64,000 nucleotides of DNA from Methanoregula sp. (GTDB lineage Archaea > Halobacteriota > Methanomicrobia > Methanomicrobiales > Methanospirillaceae): contig JBDKTL010000030.1 in NCBI GenBank assembly GCA_039698055.1, positions 41,862-105,861 on the forward strand, in the 5' to 3' direction. Position 1 is the first letter of the stretch. Each line of letters opens with the position of its first letter. A program made the position numbers and the translations under genes. Positions 58,890-64,000 of this stretch are shown here, in pieces. Under the pieces are notes generated by a model. It saw nothing but the letters and a program-made list of their open reading frames with translations. It did not search any database and was not told where the DNA came from.

Positions 58890-60077
58890 ATGGGCATTAT
58901 CAAAAAATTTCTCAACCTTTTTAAGTCCGGAAAAGAGGAGGAGGAGGAAACCCGGTTAAAGGCTCAACGTGAGCGCAACGAGAACTTCCTCCGGGCCCTT
59001 ACTGAAGGAGATCTCGACACCCGGTGGAACGCCGTCCGTTCGGTTGGCGATCTGGGCGAACCCTTCATCGAACCGCTTATTCAGGGGCTTAAGGATGAGT
59101 ACTGGATCATCCGGAGAGGATCTGCCGATACGCTCGGGAAGATTGGAGCACCAGCGGTTCCATCATTGATCGGGGCACTCACTGAACCGGGGGAAGACAT
59201 CCGGCAGGAAACTATCCGGGCACTTCAGCTGATCGGTGAACCCTCGGTGGGACCGCTCATGCAGGCACTCAAACAGCCTCACCCGTTTATTCGCCGGGGG
59301 GCAGTTCAGGCACTCGGCGTCATGGGAGAATCCCGGGCAGTGCCCGCTCTCATTGAATCGCTCAGGGACCCGGATGCATGGGTCCGTCATGAAGCAGCGG
59401 TCGCACTTGGCAGGATAGGGGATTCGCGGGCTGTTGCTCCCCTTATCGAGAGCCTGAACGATGCAAAGGAGCATGTTCGGATGGCGGCGATGGCAACCCT
59501 CTGCTCTATCGGTGAAGCATCAATTGATCCGCTTATCCATGCCCTGATCGACACCAATGAAGATGTGTGCCGGAGAGCCGGACTGGCACTGGTAACCATC
59601 GGTGAACCTTCGATTGAGCCCCTGATCAACGGTATGTCTGACCAGAACCCGGGCATCCGAAAAGGTGTTGCAGAAGTGCTGGGCCAGATCGGGAACACCC
59701 GGGCAATACCTGTCCTGGTGGCGGCACTTGATGATCCCGAACGCCCGGTCCGCACCGATGTTATCAAGGCACTTGCAGCACTCGGCGTCCCGGCTATTGC
59801 CCCGCTGATGCAGATATTCCGGGAAGGAGATGTCCGCATGAGGACGGGGGCTATGGAAGCCCTGTGGATGCTCGGCCAGCCGGCAACAACACCGCTTATC
59901 ATGGTGCTCAAGGATGACCAGAGCGATGTGCGCAAGCGGGCAGCACTCTTATTAGGAGAAATCGGGGACCAGAAGGCAGTTGACCACCTTACCAATATGC
60001 TCTCTGATGAAAATGTGTCTGTCCGGAGAGAGGCTTTCGAAGCCCTCGAAATAATCAAGAAGCGAAATACCCAGTAA
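58890..60077 (+). CDS. HEAT-repeat protein
   Basis: Multiple VR..AA.ALG.IG...AV.PLI..L.D units. Confidence 0.9.
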   Translation: MGIIKKFLNLFKSGKEEEEETRLKAQRERNENFLRALTEGDLDTRWNAVRSVGDLGEPFIEPLIQGLKDEYWIIRRGSADTLGKIGAPAVPSLIGALTEPGEDIRQETIRALQLIGEPSVGPLMQALKQPHPFIRRGAVQALGVMGESRAVPALIESLRDPDAWVRHEAAVALGRIGDSRAVAPLIESLNDAKEHVRMAAMATLCSIGEASIDPLIHALIDTNEDVCRRAGLALVTIGEPSIEPLINGMSDQNPGIRKGVAEVLGQIGNTRAIPVLVAALDDPERPVRTDVIKALAALGVPAIAPLMQIFREGDVRMRTGAMEALWMLGQPATTPLIMVLKDDQSDVRKRAALLLGEIGDQKAVDHLTNMLSDENVSVRREAFEALEIIKKRNTQ

Positions 60078-60234
60078 TATTTAACTTTTTTTTAATTCAC
60101 CCGGTTTTGTGCTGGCAGGGTGGAACCTGTTGTGTGCCCCACATATCCACCACAGAGTTGCTGTCGCCAGTTCCAGGTACATCATCGTCCATACCTGACA
60201 GGCAGGCAAACTACTAAAAAAAGAGAGATTTGGA

Positions 60235-60816
60235 TTAATCCCAGTAATTCCGGACAAATACTTTTGATTTTCTGACGCGGGGAGTGCAATAATGGAGCAC
60301 CGGCAGGACGATTATCATGGTAATGATCATGTTGCCGAGCAGCCAGGGTATAAATACCGACATGATTTGGGAGAACTCAATGACGTTCCCAACCGCCATC
60401 GTGATCGAACCCCATGCCGCGCCAATCACGTTGTTAAGGATTACTCCAAAGAGGATCAGGTGGAACAAATCGCGCCGGTTTTCGATGCCTACATCTGCCT
60501 CAAACACCCTGAATGCGACAAGCGGAATGAGAACCTGCCAGAGACTCGCAAGCGACCAGTAAAGGCTTACCTGAGGCGAAATTCCTGATAAGACACCGGC
60601 ACCCAAAAATCCACCGACATATGCGGCTATCGCGCCATACGCACCAAACCAGAGCGTAAAGACGATCATGAATGCAATAGCGAAGTATCCCCATGAAACA
60701 CCGCTCGTTCCCGTGGGACTGATAAGGACTGCAACACGGGCAAGAATAGTGTTGATGATGATGAGCCCGATCACAAGAATCAGGAATGAATAGGTTGGAC
60801 GCTGCTGAGTTTTCAT
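60235..60816 (-). CDS. Integral membrane protein (MASE1/ECF-S-like)
   Basis: Five to six TM segments, LWFGAYGAIAAYVG, WLLGN. Confidence 0.72.
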   Translation of the reverse strand: MKTQQRPTYSFLILVIGLIIINTILARVAVLISPTGTSGVSWGYFAIAFMIVFTLWFGAYGAIAAYVGGFLGAGVLSGISPQVSLYWSLASLWQVLIPLVAFRVFEADVGIENRRDLFHLILFGVILNNVIGAAWGSITMAVGNVIEFSQIMSVFIPWLLGNMIITMIIVLPVLHYCTPRVRKSKVFVRNYWD

Positions 60817-61297
60817 ACAAATACCCTGTATCCCCATATTATCTGCTTATATACATAGTATTTTTGCCCCGGGCGTTTGAAGGCTTTGACCAGGTGTGCA
60901 TTTTCGCCCAATGTGGGCGGGCAGGGTTATGCTGCGCCGGAAGGTTTTGCCATGACAGCCCATCGTGAGGATAACGCATAAAAATACCGGGAAAAATTTA
61001 TTTTGGCTATGCATTCATGTTTGATGGGATGTGGGGCCATAGGACAATTCCGGGTACCTGCTTTGATGTCGTTACCGTCGTATCAAAATCAGGATTTTTA
61101 CCATTCGTCCCCGGATAGTACAGCGTGATCTGGAAACCGGTGTCAAATACCGGTATGCCAAGAACGGGGGTTTGTGTATCGAGGGGACGAATTACCCGCT
61201 CCTCGCCGACCACCAGTTTCCCGCGATTGTAGGGAAAATAAAACAGCTTGCCCATAAAGTCCATTAGCCCCCCCGGCTCATTATAATAGGATTTCAA

Positions 61298-62590
61298 ATG
61301 CGCATACCCATACAATCAGTCACCCCGGAAGTTGGCCACGCGGACATCTGCGGCTGGGTTCACGAGGTCCGGGACCTCGGTGGTCTCGCATTCTTTTTAA
61401 TCCGCGACCGGACCGGCATCCTGCAGGTAACTATCCCCAAAAAGAAAGTGTCAGAAGCAGTGCTTGCTGCCATTAAACAGGTGTCCCGTGAATCGGTTGT
61501 TCACGTCGCCGGTACAGTAAAAGCGATGGAAAAAGCGCCGGGCGGAAGGGAACTTGTCCCGGATACGTTTGAGATTATAAATCTTGCAGAAACCCCGCTG
61601 CCGCTTGATGTTTCAGAGAAAGTGGGAGTTGAACTGGATACCCGGCTTGATGCGCGGTTCCTTGATGTGCGGAGACCGCGGGTGGCGGCAGTTTTCCATA
61701 TCCGAAGTGCCGCGATGCATGCAATGAACGATTATTTCCACAAAGAGGGATTTATCGGCATCACGACACCCAAGATCGTAGCCGCTGCCACAGAAGGCGG
61801 TACCGAACTCTTCCCGATTGCCTATTTTGATAAGGAGGCGTTCCTCAACCAGAGCCCGCAGCTCTATAAGCAGATGATGATGGCGGCAGGGTTTGAGAAA
61901 GTCTACGAGATCGGCCCCATCTTCCGCGCCGAGGAGCACAACACGACAAAGCACCTCAACGAGGCGACATCGATCGACATCGAGGTTTCCTACGCGGACC
62001 ATCTCGAAGTCATGCGCATTCTTGAAGACCTTATCGTCAAGACCTACGAGTACGTGAATGTCACGTGCAGCGACCACCTTGCAAACATCGAATGCACGGA
62101 CTTTGCCGTGCCAAAAGCCCCGTTTGCCCGGCTTCCATACAGCGAAGCGATCGAGATCGCCGCAAAGAAGATTGCAGAGCCGATTAAGTTCGGTGACGAT
62201 ATCAGTGCCGCCGCAGAGCACGCGATTGGCGACGAGATGGGCGCTCATTACTTTATCGTGGACTGGCCAAGCTCGATCCGCCCCTATTACGCAATGCCCT
62301 ACGAGGATGATCCAACGATTTGCAAGGCCTTTGACCTCATGCACCCGAGAATGGAGCTCTCAAGCGGCGCACAGCGTGTCCACCAGCATGATATGCTTGT
62401 GCAGCAGATCGCGAGAAAAGGGCTCAACCCGGAAAGCTTTGAGTTCTACCTGAAGCCGTTCCGGTACGGCATGCCCCCGCACGCGGGCTGGGGACTGGGC
62501 GCGGACCGTCTGATCATGACAATGCTGGGGCTCTCAAACGTTCGCGAGGCAGTACTGTTCCCGCGTGACATGCACCGGCTCGTTCCCTGA
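61298..62590 (+). CDS. aspS: Aspartate--tRNA(Asp/Asn) ligase, non-discriminating type
   Basis: GWVHEVRDLGG, ATEGGTELF, QSPQLYKQ, FRAE, GMPPHAGWGLG..R; KAPGG loop Pro typical of ND-AspRS. Confidence 0.96.
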   Translation: MRIPIQSVTPEVGHADICGWVHEVRDLGGLAFFLIRDRTGILQVTIPKKKVSEAVLAAIKQVSRESVVHVAGTVKAMEKAPGGRELVPDTFEIINLAETPLPLDVSEKVGVELDTRLDARFLDVRRPRVAAVFHIRSAAMHAMNDYFHKEGFIGITTPKIVAAATEGGTELFPIAYFDKEAFLNQSPQLYKQMMMAAGFEKVYEIGPIFRAEEHNTTKHLNEATSIDIEVSYADHLEVMRILEDLIVKTYEYVNVTCSDHLANIECTDFAVPKAPFARLPYSEAIEIAAKKIAEPIKFGDDISAAAEHAIGDEMGAHYFIVDWPSSIRPYYAMPYEDDPTICKAFDLMHPRMELSSGAQRVHQHDMLVQQIARKGLNPESFEFYLKPFRYGMPPHAGWGLGADRLIMTMLGLSNVREAVLFPRDMHRLVP

Positions 62591-62649
62591 TCACATACTC
62601 TTTTTATTGCGCAAAGTCAACCCGTTTGTATATCTGTGCTGATTTTAAA

Positions 62650-63555
62650 ATGGCGAAAAATTATTTTATCAACAAAGTGCTGGCGACCACGGTTGTGGGA
62701 AGTTATCCGGTGGTGAAAGGCGGGGGCCTTAAAAGTCTCTTTGACCCCCTCCATTCCGCCGTTGAGACAGCCGTTGCCGACCAGATGACTGCAGGGATCG
62801 ACATCATCTCGGATGGACAGGTGAGGGGAGATATGATCCAGGCATTTGCGGCAAAACTGCCTGGCATCAAAGGGCAGGACGTGATCGGCAAAGTGCAGCC
62901 GGCTTCAGGTTCCATCACTGCCGGGGATACAAAATTTGCCCTGTCAAAAGCGCCGAAAGTAAAAGGGATTATCACCGGTCCTTCCACGCTTGCTCACGGG
63001 CTTCACATCGGCACGCCGATGTACCGGAACAAGGAGGAACTTGCTCTTGATCTCGCTACCGCGCTCATTGTGGAAGCACGGAGCCTTGAAGCGGCGGGTG
63101 CGACCCTGCTCCAGCTCGATGAACCGATATTCTCCACGGGTATTGCCGATCTGGCAGTAGGAAAAGAGGCGATTGAACGGATCACGGCCGCCGTGAAAAT
63201 TCCCACCTGTATGCATGTCTGCGGGAATCTTGAGAATGCTATTGACGATATCCTGAAGATCAACGTCAATGTGCTGGATTTTGAGTTCTCCAAAAACCCT
63301 GCAAACCTTGAACTGTTCAGCTCCCGTGACCTGGCCGGGAGGATGATCGGCTATGGCTGCATCGATTCTTCATCGGAGACCGTGGAGACCGTACCAGAGA
63401 TCAAGACCCGGATCATGAAGGGGGTCGAAGTGTTCGGCGCCCGTTCGATGCTGATCGATCCCGACTGTGGTATGCGGATGAGGACTCGGGAAGCGGCATT
63501 CTGGAAGCTCAAGAACATGTGTGAAGCGGCAAAGGAAGTCCGTTTCGCGCTGTGA
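62650..63555 (+). CDS. Core (MetE C-terminal-like) methionine synthase, methylcobamide:homocysteine methyltransferase
   Basis: TTVVGSYP, SDGQ, TGPSTL, QLDEP, HVC and PDCG Zn ligands; about 300 aa single barrel. Confidence 0.88.
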   Translation: MAKNYFINKVLATTVVGSYPVVKGGGLKSLFDPLHSAVETAVADQMTAGIDIISDGQVRGDMIQAFAAKLPGIKGQDVIGKVQPASGSITAGDTKFALSKAPKVKGIITGPSTLAHGLHIGTPMYRNKEELALDLATALIVEARSLEAAGATLLQLDEPIFSTGIADLAVGKEAIERITAAVKIPTCMHVCGNLENAIDDILKINVNVLDFEFSKNPANLELFSSRDLAGRMIGYGCIDSSSETVETVPEIKTRIMKGVEVFGARSMLIDPDCGMRMRTREAAFWKLKNMCEAAKEVRFAL

Positions 63556-63646
63556 TTTTTTTGGCCAAAAATTTTTATCACAATAACTCGTGTGATTGGC
63601 TGGCGATCCACCAGCGGGCATCACCTGCGATCCTCCGGCAACGGGA

Positions 63647-63723
63647 GGGGTACCTCCTTGATGATGAGGTACCCCCTTGGGGGGTCTGTCGTACTGGGGC
63701 AAATACCCTCAAGGGGGTACCTC
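63647..63723. repeat. Three-copy inverted-repeat element (GGGGTACCTC)
   Basis: GGGGTACCTC 63647-56, GAGGTACCCCCTTG 63666-79, CAAGGGGGTACCTC 63710-23. Confidence 0.7.
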
Positions 63724-63902
63724 TGGCTCCTGAAAGATGAGGGTATGCCAGGAGAAGATCTGATAAGGCGTTCTCCTGATGGTACAGAGCAAGGAGGAAT
63801 CCCCACAAATGCAGTTACTCTCGCTGGGATGGTTTTAATCCTTGTTCTCGTGGATGTTTCGCTCGAAGCCGGCACGCATCCCGGTTGAGTTTATAATCGT
63901 GA

Positions 63903-64000
63903 GATTCAATCCTAATTTAGTCCGCTTCAAACGTTGTGGCACGCGAGCTGGACATACAACTGCCCGGTCCATTTCAATCCTAATTTAGTCCGCTTCAAAC
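63903..64000 (-). CRISPR. CRISPR array, trailer end (continues beyond window)
   Basis: 30-nt repeat ATTTCAATCCTAATTTAGTCCGCTTCAAAC at 63971-64000, degenerate copy at 63903-63932, 38-nt spacer between. The reverse complement ends ATTGAAAT, the usual repeat 3' end. Confidence 0.85.

Noticed and set aside
61007-61315. 102-aa ORF divergent from aspS
   Set aside because: Overlaps the aspS start/promoter region; no recognisable features.
63647-63723. tracrRNA/anti-repeat
   Set aside because: No complementarity to the CRISPR repeat.

Overview
Chromosomal segment of a methanogenic archaeon, most likely Methanomicrobiales (Methanoregula-like). This is inferred from PolD large subunit, cofD, the modified mevalonate genes, archaeal aspS and Thi4/ThiN; no database search was run and family names are from sequence recognition. 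1-16.3 kb: mixed accessory/metabolic genes. About 16.4-35.15 kb: an ~18.7 kb element integrated next to tRNA-Leu(CAA). It carries a tyrosine integrase, a tightly coupled early operon with three tandem catalytically degenerate Hjc-like (PD-(D/E)XK) paralogues, and a 1033-aa AEP primase-NTPase gene containing a 10-copy TGCTGTAA iteron-like cluster. It also carries a mostly AT-rich defence-like hotspot (two HEPN proteins, DUF4062-RecG_C, Dam-type MTase, OLD nuclease, DUF4238, plus fossil 3' ends of a second MTase and a YhcG gene), and a four-gene left-arm module (167-aa repeat protein, holin-like 54-aa protein with an RBS-occluding hairpin, 157-aa protein, membrane protein) that may be an undescribed particle/transfer module. 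35.4-63.6 kb: core genes, including PolD DP2 with a Gln-terminated mini-intein, a Thermus-like V/A-ATPase split into convergent units, ubiX-ubiD-acnX, cofD, aspS and core MetE. The window ends in the trailer end of a CRISPR array.
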